From assembly GCA_021324655.1 (NCBI GenBank), contig JAJPIP010000035.1, positions 86,121 to 150,120 on the forward strand: a stretch of 64,000 nt of DNA, given 5' to 3'. Under the pieces are notes generated by a model that saw only the letters and a program-made list of their open reading frames with translations, had not been told where the DNA came from and searched no databases. The position numbers and the translations under genes were made by a program. This document shows, one piece after another, positions 28,169 through 38,770 of this stretch (positions are counted from its first letter, which is position 1; each line of letters starts with the position of its first letter). Source of the DNA: Pseudomonadota bacterium (GTDB taxonomy: Bacteria; Chloroflexota; UBA5177).

Positions 28169-29275
28169 CTACGCCGGCGCTATCAACTCCTGGCAGTCCC
28201 AGTCTCGGTAGGCGCTCGTCAGGCACTGCATCTTGGGCCACCAATAGTCCCGGCCGGATCCATCGAGGGCATCCCAGACGGGGTAGAAGATCATGTAGAT
28301 GAGCGCCAGGCGGTAGTCGTACTGGAGCATATCCCAGTCATAATCGGTTACCCCTGCCGACCTCAGCTCGGCGAGATACCTCTCCAGCATCCGGCGCTCT
28401 CGGTGGTCCTCGTGGCGCTGCTCCGGCGTCCAGAAGGTGGCGAAGAGGTGTGTCAGGTCGATCGTGGGAAGATCGGCCCGCGCCCCCTGCCAATCAACGA
28501 CATAGGTCGCGCCGCCAGGATCGCGCGGGCAGAGGAACTGCGAGAAGTAGCAGTCTCCGTGCACGATTGTCAATGCTCTGCCGGACCCCATCCGTCCCTG
28601 GAAGCACCGCTCCCAGAGGGCCGGCATGCCATCGATCGCCTGTTGATAGAGGGACCGGATTTCGGCGGGAAGGTCCGCGCCCGGGCCGGCCTGGAAGGCG
28701 TCCCAGTCTTGCCTCCGCGACTCGACCCCCGCATCGAACCATTGGCGCGTGCCGTACCACCGAGAGACCTCCCACACCGCGGGCGGCGGCGACGGATGCT
28801 CGAACCAGTAGGCGTGGAACCGGGCGATGGCCTCGACGCACGCGACCAGGAGATCCTGCGTGGGGACACCGTGCAGGGAGATGATGTCGTCGCGCGTCAC
28901 CGGCGGCCGGTGCGATGCCGAAATGTCGAGCAGGAGGAGATGAGAATCTCCTGTCGCCGGGTCGTAGGCGGCATCGTAGCAGCGCACGATCATTGGCAGG
29001 TCATCTCTCCGCGCGCGTGCCACCTGGTAGAAATCCACCTCCGATTTGCCGGACGCATAGCCCCACTCGCTGTCGACGTTGCGCTTGAGGAGCAGCCGGG
29101 TGGGCGCACCCGAGGATGATCCCGGCGCGTAGGTGACGTGGAGATGGGAGATCGCGGAGTTGAAGGCGGGGTTGCCCTCGGTGGCGATTGCGGTGACGTG
29201 CCCTTGTCCGAGAACACCCTCCCGGCGAAGGATGCCGGTGAGCCAGTCCGTTGTGAGGTTATCGGTGACGATCAT
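28169..29275 (-). CDS. Phosphotransferase-family protein (APH/choline-kinase-like kinase fold)
   Basis: Catalytic loop HGDCYFSQ (HGDxxxxN-like), then a D-W-Q metal-binding region (YVVDWQGA). 368 aa. Confidence 0.6.
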   Translation of the reverse strand: MIVTDNLTTDWLTGILRREGVLGQGHVTAIATEGNPAFNSAISHLHVTYAPGSSSGAPTRLLLKRNVDSEWGYASGKSEVDFYQVARARRDDLPMIVRCYDAAYDPATGDSHLLLLDISASHRPPVTRDDIISLHGVPTQDLLVACVEAIARFHAYWFEHPSPPPAVWEVSRWYGTRQWFDAGVESRRQDWDAFQAGPGADLPAEIRSLYQQAIDGMPALWERCFQGRMGSGRALTIVHGDCYFSQFLCPRDPGGATYVVDWQGARADLPTIDLTHLFATFWTPEQRHEDHRERRMLERYLAELRSAGVTDYDWDMLQYDYRLALIYMIFYPVWDALDGSGRDYWWPKMQCLTSAYRDWDCQELIAPA

Positions 29276-29332
29276 GACGTGACAGTAGCACGCTTCCCGG
29301 GATGGGGATTGAGGTGCGCCGGCGGTTTCCCC

Positions 29333-31111
29333 CTAGCTCAGATACTCATCGAGAAAGGCGGCGATGGCGGGGTAGGCGACGAGCTTGTTCTTGAGCTTGA
29401 TCACGCCGTGCCCTTCGTCAGGGAAGTGAAGGAACTGGACGGGGCGGCCGCGGCGCTCCAGCGCCTCGACGATCTGCTCCGCCTCCGAGAGGGGGACGCG
29501 CGGGTCGTTGTCGCCGTGGATGACCAGGAGGGGTGCCTCGATGCGGTCCACGTGGTGGATGGGAGAAATCTCGCGGAAGAGATCGGCGTTCGCGTCGGGA
29601 TCGCCGTATTCGGGAATCCGCCAATGACGGCGGTAGGCGCTGGTGTTGCGCAGGAAGGTCTCCAGATTGGCGATGCCCACGATGTCGACGCCGGCCGCCC
29701 AGAGATCCGGATAAGTGGTGAGCGCGGCCAGCACCATGAAACCGCCATAGCTCCCGCCGTAGACGGCGATCTTCTCGCCGTCCACGCGTCCCGAGGCCCG
29801 CAGCCACTCGACGGCGGCCTGGAGGTCCGCGACGGAGTCCATGCGCTTTTCCACGTCGTCCAGGTGGGTGTAGGTCCGGCCGTACCCCAGGCTGCCGCGC
29901 ACGTTGGGAGTGAGGACGGCGAAGCCGCGGTGGACGAAGTACTGGGTGATGGGATTGAACATCGGCGTGCTCTGCCCCTCCGGTCCGCCGTGCACCACCA
30001 TCACCACCGGTGGGTTCTCGCGCCCCGGCGGCATATAGAGGAACGCCGGGATGACGAGACCGTCGAACGAGCGGTAGGAGATCGGCTCGGGGGCGGCGAA
30101 GGAGTCGCGCGGCAGACCGCCGCGCGTGGCGAAGGTTACCTGGCGGCAGGCATGCTGTCCGAGATCCCAGACCCAGATATTGGGGTTGTCGGCGGGGCCG
30201 GTGAAGGTGAAGGCCAGCTTACTGCCGTCACGAGACCAGGCGGGCTGCACCACCACGCCATCGGGCAGATCGGGGACGCGGATCTCCTCGCCCGAGGTGA
30301 GGGAGCGGACGGTGAGGAGACTGTAGCCGTCCACGTTACGGACCAGCGCCAGGGAAGAGCCGTCCGGCGCGAGGACGACGGCGTCCACGTCGCGATCGTC
30401 CGGCGTCAGGAACTCAATCTGCCCGGTGGACAGATCGAGGCAGGCGGCGCGCAGGAATTCACTTCCCTGGTCGGTGCGCAGGTAGAGCGCCGTGCCGTCG
30501 GGTGTGAACTGGGCGGCGGCGTAGATCGCCATCCCCTCGTGCGGCGTGAGATGGCGGGCCTTGCCGGTCTCCGTATCGAGCAGGTACAGATCGCTGTCCA
30601 GCGAACCGGTCTGGCGGAAGATCGCCAGGTAGCGGCCATCACGTGACCAATCGGAGACGAAGTTGCTGCCGTCCTGCTCGTACACGCAGCGCTCCTCTCC
30701 GCCGTCGAGATCGCGCACATAGACGTCGAAGTAGGCGGGGTTACGGCGATTGCCGGAGTAGGCGACCTGCCTGTCATCCCAGGAGATGGCGCCGAAGCGG
30801 TGCATGACGGCGGGATCGACCGCCACATCGCGGACCTCGGCCCCCGCCAGCAGATAGAGCTGCTCGCGCTCATTGCCGCCGCTGTCCATGCCGTAGACGA
30901 TGAACGGGGTCCGGTGACCGAACCAGCCGCCGGTGACACGGTCGGCCGTGAAGGTCAGCTCATCCGGCCAGCCGCCCTCCACCGGCACCTGCCACAGTTG
31001 AGGGACGCCGGTGATGTCGCTGACGAAGCAGAGGGAACGGCCGTCGGGGGCGAAGGACGGCGCCGAGGCGCTGCGCACATTGAGGTAGCGCTGGAAGGGG
31101 AAGTCGGTCAT
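29333..31111 (-). CDS. S9 family serine peptidase (prolyl oligopeptidase/acylaminoacyl-peptidase-like)
   Basis: N-terminal beta-propeller repeats (FAPDGRSL, WSRDGRYLA, FTPDGTAL, WSRDGSKLAF). C-terminal alpha/beta hydrolase domain with GGSYGG nucleophile elbow, and D and H downstream (IHGDNDPRV, DEGHG). Confidence 0.85.
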   Translation of the reverse strand: MTDFPFQRYLNVRSASAPSFAPDGRSLCFVSDITGVPQLWQVPVEGGWPDELTFTADRVTGGWFGHRTPFIVYGMDSGGNEREQLYLLAGAEVRDVAVDPAVMHRFGAISWDDRQVAYSGNRRNPAYFDVYVRDLDGGEERCVYEQDGSNFVSDWSRDGRYLAIFRQTGSLDSDLYLLDTETGKARHLTPHEGMAIYAAAQFTPDGTALYLRTDQGSEFLRAACLDLSTGQIEFLTPDDRDVDAVVLAPDGSSLALVRNVDGYSLLTVRSLTSGEEIRVPDLPDGVVVQPAWSRDGSKLAFTFTGPADNPNIWVWDLGQHACRQVTFATRGGLPRDSFAAPEPISYRSFDGLVIPAFLYMPPGRENPPVVMVVHGGPEGQSTPMFNPITQYFVHRGFAVLTPNVRGSLGYGRTYTHLDDVEKRMDSVADLQAAVEWLRASGRVDGEKIAVYGGSYGGFMVLAALTTYPDLWAAGVDIVGIANLETFLRNTSAYRRHWRIPEYGDPDANADLFREISPIHHVDRIEAPLLVIHGDNDPRVPLSEAEQIVEALERRGRPVQFLHFPDEGHGVIKLKNKLVAYPAIAAFLDEYLS

Positions 31112-31124
31112 GCAGGTCTCCGCG

Positions 31125-32003
31125 TTAGCGTGGGGTCAGGGCAGCCAGAGCGCCGCTTTCCACTATCGCACGCGCTGCCTCGAACCCTCTGTCCAGACAG
31201 AACTGTGCCCCAACCCAGGAATTGGGACTGAGCGTCCCCAGATCGGGCCAGATCGTGATGTCCCCCTCATCGGGCAGGGGCGGATCATAGCTGGCGGCGA
31301 TCATGCGGCAGGCGAAGCGGATCTGGTCGTGGAGACGGGGGCCCGGCAGCCGCTGCTGGCGTCCGGCACGCTGGAGGACGTGGCGTAGCCAGGGACGCCG
31401 TTTGAAAAAGGGAGGCGCGTGATAGTTGTAGCCGAGGCAGACGGCAATCACTTTCTCGGCGCCCAGAGAGCGCGCCACCCGCACCGGCGCCGTATCGAAG
31501 AGGCCGCCGTCCAGGTAGTAGCGGTCGCCGAGGCGGACGGGCCGGGCGATGAGCGGTAGCGCGATGCTGGCTTGCACGGCGTCCAGCACCGGGCCGGTAT
31601 TGATCATCACCGGTTGTCCCGTATGCATGTCGGTCGCCGTCACGGCGAACGGCACGGCCATGTCGGCGAAGGTCTTACCCTCGCCGGCCTCGAGCATCAT
31701 GCGGGCAATCGGGTTGCTCCTCCCGGCACGTAAACGTCCGGCATAGAAGCGGGCAATATCGGAGGGTTGCGACCGACGCACGACGTCGACGATGTGATGG
31801 GGAGAGAGCCCGGCGGCGAGCCCCAGGCCGAAGAGGGCGCCGACGCTCGCACCCACCACCAGATCGAACCGCACGCCCGCGTCCGTCAGGACGGCCATAA
31901 CCCCGGGGTGAGAGCAGCCGCGAATGCCCCCGGCGCCCAGGACCAGGCCGATACCGGGCCGGCTGGGGAGGTCGGGCGTGGTCGTGGCGGCCTTCGGTTG
32001 CAT
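31125..32003 (-). CDS. Patatin-like phospholipase
   Basis: GxGxxG (VLGAGGIRG) and GxSxG (GASVGA) patatin motifs. Start at the internal ATG (MQPKAATT), since the upstream ORF extension is Ser/Arg-rich junk. Confidence 0.7.
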   Translation of the reverse strand: MQPKAATTTPDLPSRPGIGLVLGAGGIRGCSHPGVMAVLTDAGVRFDLVVGASVGALFGLGLAAGLSPHHIVDVVRRSQPSDIARFYAGRLRAGRSNPIARMMLEAGEGKTFADMAVPFAVTATDMHTGQPVMINTGPVLDAVQASIALPLIARPVRLGDRYYLDGGLFDTAPVRVARSLGAEKVIAVCLGYNYHAPPFFKRRPWLRHVLQRAGRQQRLPGPRLHDQIRFACRMIAASYDPPLPDEGDITIWPDLGTLSPNSWVGAQFCLDRGFEAARAIVESGALAALTPR

Positions 32004-32013
32004 CGGCAGCGAA

Positions 32014-32874
32014 TCAGATGTTGTAGACGGGCAGCAGGCGCTTCTCGATCTCCCCTTCGATCCGTGCCTCAACCTGGACGTACGGCGCGATGCTCGAGGA
32101 AGCAATCTTGGGACGCAGCAGCTCGTCGAGCTGGAAGAGGCCGGCCGAGTTGTTGAGGATGACCTCGATGTTGATGGGAACGGTCTCGCCACGCTCGATG
32201 ATGACGCGCTCCACGGCAGCGGCCGAGAGGGAGTGAATGTTGACGGCGCCGGCCTCGAACGGGATGCGGGAGCGCCCCTGCGTCATGTCGAGCGCGTCGC
32301 CCACCTTCACCGAACTCGCTTCGATGGTGTAGGTGCGCTCGTCGGAGCGGTGGGCGATAACGGCGTGGAGGGTCTCGCTGGTCATGATCGTGAGCAGCGG
32401 CTCCTCGTAGAGGCCGGCGAGGAGGCGGCGCGCAATGGGCGCGCCCAGGATCAAGCTGTACGTCTCATGCTCGTGGCGGTGGATGGACATTCCGATGTCG
32501 TGCAGGGCGGCGCCCAGAACCACGACGACCTCGGCGTCCTGCGGCGTGAGTCCGTAATCACGGACGATGGAGGGTTCAACGCCGCCCATCATGAGGAGAC
32601 GCAGGAGCTTGAGCGAGATATTGGCAACGATCTGGACGTGCGTCGGGCCGTGGTCGCTGATGCCGGCGCGATCCACCGCGTTCACATTGGCGCAGCGCCA
32701 GAGCTGGTGCAACTCGGTCATAGCGTCGATACGGGCGACCAACTCCTGCAACCGCGGGTTGTGGCGCGCCGGCACGTGAAAGATCGCACGTTCCGGAGTG
32801 GCTTCCTGCGGCGAGACATGGTCGCCCTCCGCCACGATCGGTGCGCCGTCGGTGACCCGATCTTCCGTCGTCAT
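32014..32874 (-). CDS. HD-domain phosphohydrolase
   Basis: HD motif LHDIGMSIHRHEHE. 286 aa. Confidence 0.65.
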   Translation of the reverse strand: MTTEDRVTDGAPIVAEGDHVSPQEATPERAIFHVPARHNPRLQELVARIDAMTELHQLWRCANVNAVDRAGISDHGPTHVQIVANISLKLLRLLMMGGVEPSIVRDYGLTPQDAEVVVVLGAALHDIGMSIHRHEHETYSLILGAPIARRLLAGLYEEPLLTIMTSETLHAVIAHRSDERTYTIEASSVKVGDALDMTQGRSRIPFEAGAVNIHSLSAAAVERVIIERGETVPINIEVILNNSAGLFQLDELLRPKIASSSIAPYVQVEARIEGEIEKRLLPVYNI

Positions 32875-32882
32875 ATCTCACT

Positions 32883-33878
32883 CTAGCGAGCGATGAAGTG
32901 CACCAGGAAGTACAGAACACCGGCGACGACGGCCGCGGCGGGGATTGTCAGAATCCAGGCAGTCACGATGTTGATGCCGACGCCCCACCGCACCGCGGAA
33001 GGGTTGTCGGTCGTGCCGGCACCGAGGACCGCCCCGGTGACGACATGGGTCGTGCTGACCGGCAGGCCGAACTGGGCGGCACCCTGGATGATGATGGCAG
33101 CCACCAGCTGGGCGTCGAACCCTTCGGCCGGAGAGATCTTGTACAGGCGGGTACCCATAGTGCGGATGATGCGCCAGCCACCGGCGTAGGTGCCGAATGC
33201 CATGGCACAGGCGGCGGCGGCGATGACCCAAACGGGTACGGCGAATCGGCTCAGATAGCCCTGCGTGACGAGGGCCAGGGTGATGATGCCCATCGTCTTC
33301 TGAGAGTCGTTGGTGCCGTGACTGAAGGAGACAAAGGCAGCTGAAAAGATCTGAGCGAAGCGGAAACCGCCGTTGACGGCACGCGGCCGCGTCCCGCGGA
33401 ATAGCCAGTAGATGAGCAGCATCCCGATATACGACACGATAAAGCCCAGGATGGGCGAGATCACCAGCGGAACGACGATCTTCCCAATAACACTGGCCCA
33501 CTTCACACCGCCAAACCCGATGGCCACGATCCCGACACCGATCAGACCGCCCACAAGGGCATGCGTGGAACTGCTGGGAAGCCCCTGATACCAGGTAATG
33601 AGATTCCAGGTGATCGCCCCCATGACGGCGGCCAGCACCATGATGAGGGTGGTCTGGGCCGCGGGAATCACACCCCCCCCGATGGTGGCGGCGACCTTGG
33701 TGGTCACGAAAGCTCCCACGAAGTTCATGGCGGCGGAGAGAATCACGGCGGCACGCGGCGAGAGCGCATGCGTTGAAACGGAGGTCGCGATGGCATTCGC
33801 CGTATCGTGAAAACCGTTCGTGAAGTCGAAGAAGAGGGCCACCGCGATGACGAGGATCGTCAGGGCGAGGTTATGCAT
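32883..33878 (-). CDS. pitA: Inorganic phosphate transporter, PiT family
   Basis: PiT signature FDFTNGFHDTANAIATS. Multiple TM helices. Start at the internal ATG (MHNLALTIL), overlapping the DUF47 gene by 8 nt. Confidence 0.85.
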   Translation of the reverse strand: MHNLALTILVIAVALFFDFTNGFHDTANAIATSVSTHALSPRAAVILSAAMNFVGAFVTTKVAATIGGGVIPAAQTTLIMVLAAVMGAITWNLITWYQGLPSSSTHALVGGLIGVGIVAIGFGGVKWASVIGKIVVPLVISPILGFIVSYIGMLLIYWLFRGTRPRAVNGGFRFAQIFSAAFVSFSHGTNDSQKTMGIITLALVTQGYLSRFAVPVWVIAAAACAMAFGTYAGGWRIIRTMGTRLYKISPAEGFDAQLVAAIIIQGAAQFGLPVSTTHVVTGAVLGAGTTDNPSAVRWGVGINIVTAWILTIPAAAVVAGVLYFLVHFIAR

Positions 33879-34491
33879 TCTTGATCGAGATCGTCTCGAG
33901 GATCTTGGCGATATCCTCTGCACGGTCCACGGTCTTCTCCAGAAGGGCGTACACGTCCTTCCACTTGATGACGTAGATCGGGTCGTATCCGTTCTGAAAG
34001 AGCGCGCCGATTGCGGAGCGCGTCACGGCGTCCGCCTCGTTCTCTAACTCATGGATGCGAACCCAGTACTCATGAAGGTCGGTTTGCTTCTCGAGCTTGT
34101 CGATGGCCTCGGCTACCTCGTGTCCAATGGACAGCAGTATCTTTCCCATCTTCTGCGCTTCGGGGGTGATCTCGTGGATCCCGTCCAGCACGATGGTGTC
34201 CGCCGTCTCCTCCGACAGATCGACGACATCGTCGATGGCGGAGGCCAGGGCATAGATATCCTCGCGGTCGAAGGGGGTGATGAAGGTGCGGTTGAGCTCG
34301 TTGTTGACTTTGTGGGTTGTCTCGTCCGCTTTGTGCTCCAGGTCGCGCAGGCGCCGGGCCTCGTCGGCGTAGTCGCCGGTCGTGTTCGCCAAGAGGGAAT
34401 CGAGCACCTGGAGGCTCTCGACCATGGTGGCCGCGTTGTCTCGAAATAGGACAAAGAACTGGCGCTCGCGCGGAACCAGAGAAAACGGCAT
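33871..34491 (-). CDS. DUF47 (PhoU-like) Pit accessory protein
   Basis: 206 aa helical protein (EHKADETTHKV...FITPFDREDIYALA). This is the classic partner directly upstream of pitA. Confidence 0.8.
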   Translation of the reverse strand: MPFSLVPRERQFFVLFRDNAATMVESLQVLDSLLANTTGDYADEARRLRDLEHKADETTHKVNNELNRTFITPFDREDIYALASAIDDVVDLSEETADTIVLDGIHEITPEAQKMGKILLSIGHEVAEAIDKLEKQTDLHEYWVRIHELENEADAVTRSAIGALFQNGYDPIYVIKWKDVYALLEKTVDRAEDIAKILETISIKNA

Positions 34492-34658
34492 TATGCGCCC
34501 TCCTCGGCGTCGTCCTGACTGCTCCTGATACAGAGTACCCGCCGCACTGTTGCAGGAATGTTACGGGCGACCTGGTCAAGCTCCCCGCCTCTGTGGCCAC
34601 ACTGGCAGGAGACGCTGCTGGGTCCTGATACCCAGCGAGACGGTGCCCTGCACCATCA

Positions 34659-36905
34659 TTACGCTTCCACACTCAAGGCTTCCACCGTGGTAAGGGCTGC
34701 CATGCGGACGATATCGCGCAGGTCACTACCGTGCTGGAGAACCTGGGCAGGATGGGCGGCGCCCAGCAAAATCGGGCCGATCACCGCCATCTCACCGAGT
34801 TGGGAGAGCACTTTGAGGGACGAGTTGGCGGCATCGAGGTTGGGGAAGATGAGGACATTCGCCCCGGCGACGCGGCTGAAGGGATAGTACTCCTCGGCAA
34901 TGGCCGCGTCGAGGGCGGTATCTGCCTGCATCTCGCCGTCTACCTCGAGATCGGGCCGGCGTTCGCGGACGATCTGCACCGCCTGCGCCACCTTCTCCGA
35001 TTCCGGCGTCCGCAGCGAGCCGAAGTTGGAGAAGGAGATCAGGGCAACGCGCGGCTGGATATCGAGCTGTCGAGCAAAATCGGCGGTGAGGATGGCGATC
35101 TCGGCCAGATCGACCGCATTGGGATTGATGTTGATGAGGCCGTCGGCGAAGAAGTAGGCTCTCCCTCGCGCCAGGACGAGATAGGCGCCGGCCATGGTTC
35201 CGACACCGGGACGCGTTCGAATCAACTCCAGGATGGGACGTACCACGCGGGGATACTCGTAGCTGAGGCCGGAGAGGAAGCCGTCGGCGCGGCCGGTCCG
35301 CAGCATCATGAGGCCGAAGATGTTCGGATCGCGCGCCATCTCCTCGGCGCGGTGCATGGTGACACCGCGGCGCTGCCGGAGGCGGAAAATCTCCTCGGCG
35401 AACTCGGGCAGCCATGGGGAGGCGTCGGGGTCGATGACCTGCGGTGTCGCACGGGAGCCCAGCTCCTCCAGCTGCCGGGTGATAGCGGCGGGCCGGCCCA
35501 GCAGAATCGGCCGGCCGAGCCCCTGGCGCTCGATCTGCCCGGCCGCGCGCAGGATTTTCGGATTTTCCCCTTCGGCGAAGACCAGGCGCTTGGGCTCGGC
35601 CTCCGCTTTCTCCATGATGGCGTGGATGATCTGCCAGCCGCGCTGGTAGCCGATCCGGAGGCGCTCGCGATAGTCCCGGATGTCGATAACGCGCCGCGCG
35701 ACTCCACTGCGGATGGCCGCCTCCGCCACGGCCGGCGCGACCCAATCCAGCACCCGGTAATCGTTCGGCTTGGGAATGATGTAGTCCTTGCCGAAGCGCA
35801 GGTGCTGCAGACCGTAGGCGCGCAGTACCGTTTCCGGCACGGGCTCCTTGGCCAGAGACGCGAGCGCTTCCGCCGCTGCCAGCATCATCGCCTCGTCGAT
35901 GGCGCTCGCCTGGACGTCAAGCGCGCCACGGAAGATGTATGGAAAGACCAGGACGTTGTTGACCTGGTTGGGATGGTCGGAGCGGCCGGTGGCGACGACG
36001 GCATCGGGCCGGCTCGCCACCGCCAGGTCGTAGGCAATCTCCGGCTCCGGATTGGCGAGCAGGAAGAGGATAGGGCGCGGCGCCATGGCCTGCAGCATGT
36101 CAGGAGTCACGATGTTGGCAGCGGCGACACCCAGCAGAACGTCGGCGCTCTGCAATGCCTCGCCGAGTGACCGCGCTGGTCCCGGCTGAGCGAAGCGCTC
36201 CTTCCAGGGATCCATTTCCTCGGCTCGCCCCGCCACGACCTCACCGACCCGGTCAAACATAGTGATGTGCTCGCGCGGGACTCCAAGATGCAAGAACATT
36301 CTGGCCGTCGCGACTCCGGCGGCACCCGCTCCCACCACGACGATCTTGATCGCGTGGAGATCCTTGCCGGTCAGTTCCAGCGCATTGAGAAGAGCGGCCG
36401 CCACGACGATGGCGGTGCCGTGCTGATCGTCGTGGAAGACGGGAATGGAGAGCGTCGCTTTGAGCTGCTCTTCCACTTCGAACGCTGCCGGCGCCGCGAT
36501 ATCTTCCAGATTGATGCCGCCGAAGCCGGGGGCAATGGTCCGGACGGCGGTGATGACGTCCTGCGCCGTCGGGGCATCGAGCTCAATATCGAAGACATCC
36601 ACGTCGGCCAGGCGCTTGAAGAGAACGGCCTTCCCTTCCATCACCGGTTTGGCGGCCAGGGGTCCCTGATTCCCCAGACCCAGCACCGCCGTCCCGTTGG
36701 TGACCACCGCGACGAGGTTTCCCTTCGCCGTGTAGTCGTACGCCAGCAGTGGATTCCGGCGGATGGCATCGACGGCATAGGCGACACCGGGAGTGTAGGC
36801 CAGCGACAGATCACGCTGGGTGAGGAGCGGCTTGGTGGGGGTGATCTGCAGTTTCCCCGGCCGTTCTCCCCCGTGGTACTCGAGGACGTCGTCTTCACTG
36901 ATCAT
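34659..36905 (-). CDS. maeB: NADP-dependent malic enzyme (malic enzyme + phosphotransacetylase-like domain)
   Basis: Malic enzyme N-domain (LSLAYTPGVA, NGTAVLGLGN) and NAD(P) site (VVVGAGAAGVA), plus a C-terminal PTA-like domain. Start at the internal ATG (MISEDDV). Confidence 0.85.
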   Translation of the reverse strand: MISEDDVLEYHGGERPGKLQITPTKPLLTQRDLSLAYTPGVAYAVDAIRRNPLLAYDYTAKGNLVAVVTNGTAVLGLGNQGPLAAKPVMEGKAVLFKRLADVDVFDIELDAPTAQDVITAVRTIAPGFGGINLEDIAAPAAFEVEEQLKATLSIPVFHDDQHGTAIVVAAALLNALELTGKDLHAIKIVVVGAGAAGVATARMFLHLGVPREHITMFDRVGEVVAGRAEEMDPWKERFAQPGPARSLGEALQSADVLLGVAAANIVTPDMLQAMAPRPILFLLANPEPEIAYDLAVASRPDAVVATGRSDHPNQVNNVLVFPYIFRGALDVQASAIDEAMMLAAAEALASLAKEPVPETVLRAYGLQHLRFGKDYIIPKPNDYRVLDWVAPAVAEAAIRSGVARRVIDIRDYRERLRIGYQRGWQIIHAIMEKAEAEPKRLVFAEGENPKILRAAGQIERQGLGRPILLGRPAAITRQLEELGSRATPQVIDPDASPWLPEFAEEIFRLRQRRGVTMHRAEEMARDPNIFGLMMLRTGRADGFLSGLSYEYPRVVRPILELIRTRPGVGTMAGAYLVLARGRAYFFADGLININPNAVDLAEIAILTADFARQLDIQPRVALISFSNFGSLRTPESEKVAQAVQIVRERRPDLEVDGEMQADTALDAAIAEEYYPFSRVAGANVLIFPNLDAANSSLKVLSQLGEMAVIGPILLGAAHPAQVLQHGSDLRDIVRMAALTTVEALSVEA

Positions 36906-36946
36906 GGATTCATCTCGATGGTAGTCAAGGCCTGTACCATAAGCCC

Positions 36947-38317
36947 GTGCGAACACTGATCACGGACGGGATTGTGGTCACGGCGGCCGATACCGTCCCG
37001 GCCGATATCCTCGTCGAGGATGAGGTCATCGTCGCGGTTGGCCGGAACCTGGGGCCGGCTGATCGGACGATCGACGCCGCCGGCCGCTATGTCTTTCCCG
37101 GCGGCGTGGACGAGCATACTCACTTTGGGTTGCCGGTCTCGGGGACGGTCTCGCAACCGTGGGAGACGGAGAGCGTCGCGGCCGCACTGGGGGGGACGAC
37201 GACGGTCGTCGATTTTGCCATGCAGCAGCGGGGCGGATCGTTGCTGGCGGGTATCCGCGCCTGGCAGGAGAAAGCGGCAGGTGCGAGTGCCGTCGACTAC
37301 GGCTTCCATATCACCGTCACCGATCTGCATCCCGAGGCAATCCGGGAGATTCCGCGGGTCGTGGAGGAGGGGGTGGTCACCCTCAAGTGCCTCATGGCCT
37401 ACAAGGGCTCCGTGATGGTGGATGACGACACCCTCTTCCGTGCCCTGCAGGAAGGGCACAGGCACGGCGCGCTCGTCATGATCCACTGCGAGAACGGGGA
37501 TGTCGTGGCCGCCTTGCAGGGGCAGTTGGTTGCCGCGGGCAAGACAGAGCCACGCTATCACGCGGCGAGCCGTCCGCCGGCGGTCGAAGCCGAAGCTACC
37601 AACCGCGCCATCGTGCTGGCGGAACTGGCCGGAGCGCCGCTTCTGATCGTCCACGTGACGAGTGCGGACGCGCTGGACCATATCCGTGCCGCCCAGGGGC
37701 GCGGGCATCCCGTCTATGCCGAAACCTGTCCGCAGTACGTCACGCTGACGGCCGACGATCTGGCTCGCCCCGATTTTGCGGGCGCCCGCTACGTCCTCTC
37801 GCCGGCGCTCCGTTCCGCTGCTCACCACGAGGCCCTTTGGTCCGGCCTGTCCTCCGGTTCCCTGCAGACGGCCGGCTCCGATCACTGCGCCTTCACACTC
37901 GAGCAGAAGGCGCTGGGCCGCGATGATTTCCGCCGGATTCCCAACGGCATCCCCGCCGCCGAGGAGCGTCTTCCGCTGCTCTACTCGGAGGGCGTGGCTT
38001 CCGGCCGTCTATCTCTCAACCGGTTCGTCGACGCCGTCGCCACCGCGCCGGCTCGCCTCATGGGCCTCTATCCCCGCAAGGGCACAATCGCACCCGGCAC
38101 TGACGCCGATCTTGTCATTTTCAATCCCGAGGCGGAGTGGATCATGGGGGTGGCAACCCAGCACAGCGGGAGCGACTACTCGCCATGGGAGGGGAAGCCG
38201 GTCCGGGGTGCCGTCGAAACGGTGCTACTGCGCGGCGAGGTCATCGTGGAGGACGGCCGGTACGTGGGACAGCTGGGGCAGGGACAATACATCGCGCGTC
38301 GGCCGTTCGCGGGATAA
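36947..38317 (+). CDS. Cyclic amidohydrolase (dihydropyrimidinase / D-hydantoinase family)
   Basis: Metal-binding HxH near the N-terminus (GGVDEHTHF), carbamylated-Lys region (VTLKCLMAYKG), and downstream HCE and D motifs. 456 aa. Confidence 0.75.
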   Translation: MRTLITDGIVVTAADTVPADILVEDEVIVAVGRNLGPADRTIDAAGRYVFPGGVDEHTHFGLPVSGTVSQPWETESVAAALGGTTTVVDFAMQQRGGSLLAGIRAWQEKAAGASAVDYGFHITVTDLHPEAIREIPRVVEEGVVTLKCLMAYKGSVMVDDDTLFRALQEGHRHGALVMIHCENGDVVAALQGQLVAAGKTEPRYHAASRPPAVEAEATNRAIVLAELAGAPLLIVHVTSADALDHIRAAQGRGHPVYAETCPQYVTLTADDLARPDFAGARYVLSPALRSAAHHEALWSGLSSGSLQTAGSDHCAFTLEQKALGRDDFRRIPNGIPAAEERLPLLYSEGVASGRLSLNRFVDAVATAPARLMGLYPRKGTIAPGTDADLVIFNPEAEWIMGVATQHSGSDYSPWEGKPVRGAVETVLLRGEVIVEDGRYVGQLGQGQYIARRPFAG

Positions 38318-38509
38318 GTCCTGTCCCGTGTCCATAATGGAGTGCATAACGCTGCCTGGCATGGACCCGCTCGTCGTGGCCTGCCCGAGTGCCGGCCTTG
38401 GTTTCGAACGGCAAACGATGCAGGGAGGCCGGTCGCCATTCGAGGCGGCCAAGACGGAGTCAAGAACCCGCGCGGGACGTGCCGACCGTCCAAAGAAGGA
38501 GGCCTCCCC

Positions 38510-38770
38510 ATGTCCGAGGAGCAGAACCGCGAAGATGTCGAGATCCGGCAGGGTGCCGAGACGCCGTTTCCGACGGGCGCGGAAGTGGCCGGACCGGGAA
38601 CGGTACGCCAGGGAACCGGCTACTCCGGCACCACCAGCGGCGGCGTGGAGGTAGGTGCGGGACACGATCCGGATCCCTACGATCCGCCCACCGAGGGGTA
38701 TATGGGTGATACCACGTCAGCCGATCAGCCGCAGGAAGAGATCATCGTCATCAACCCGGACGAAGAGTGA
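38510..38770 (+). CDS. Small acidic hypothetical protein
   Basis: 86 aa. Strong AAGGAGG RBS. Acidic, Gly/Thr-rich. Its stop overlaps the next start (GTGA). Confidence 0.4.
   Translation: MSEEQNREDVEIRQGAETPFPTGAEVAGPGTVRQGTGYSGTTSGGVEVGAGHDPDPYDPPTEGYMGDTTSADQPQEEIIVINPDEE

Noticed and set aside
29138-30646. 502-aa ORF on the + strand
   Set aside because: It is antisense to the S9 peptidase and the APH-like gene. It has Gly/Asp/Val repeats characteristic of GC-rich antisense frames.
34731-36170. 479-aa ORF antisense to the malic enzyme gene, plus 34792..35745 (-) out-of-frame ORF
   Set aside because: They overlap a gene with unmistakable malic-enzyme motifs. Their composition is Gly/Arg/Asp-rich shadow type.
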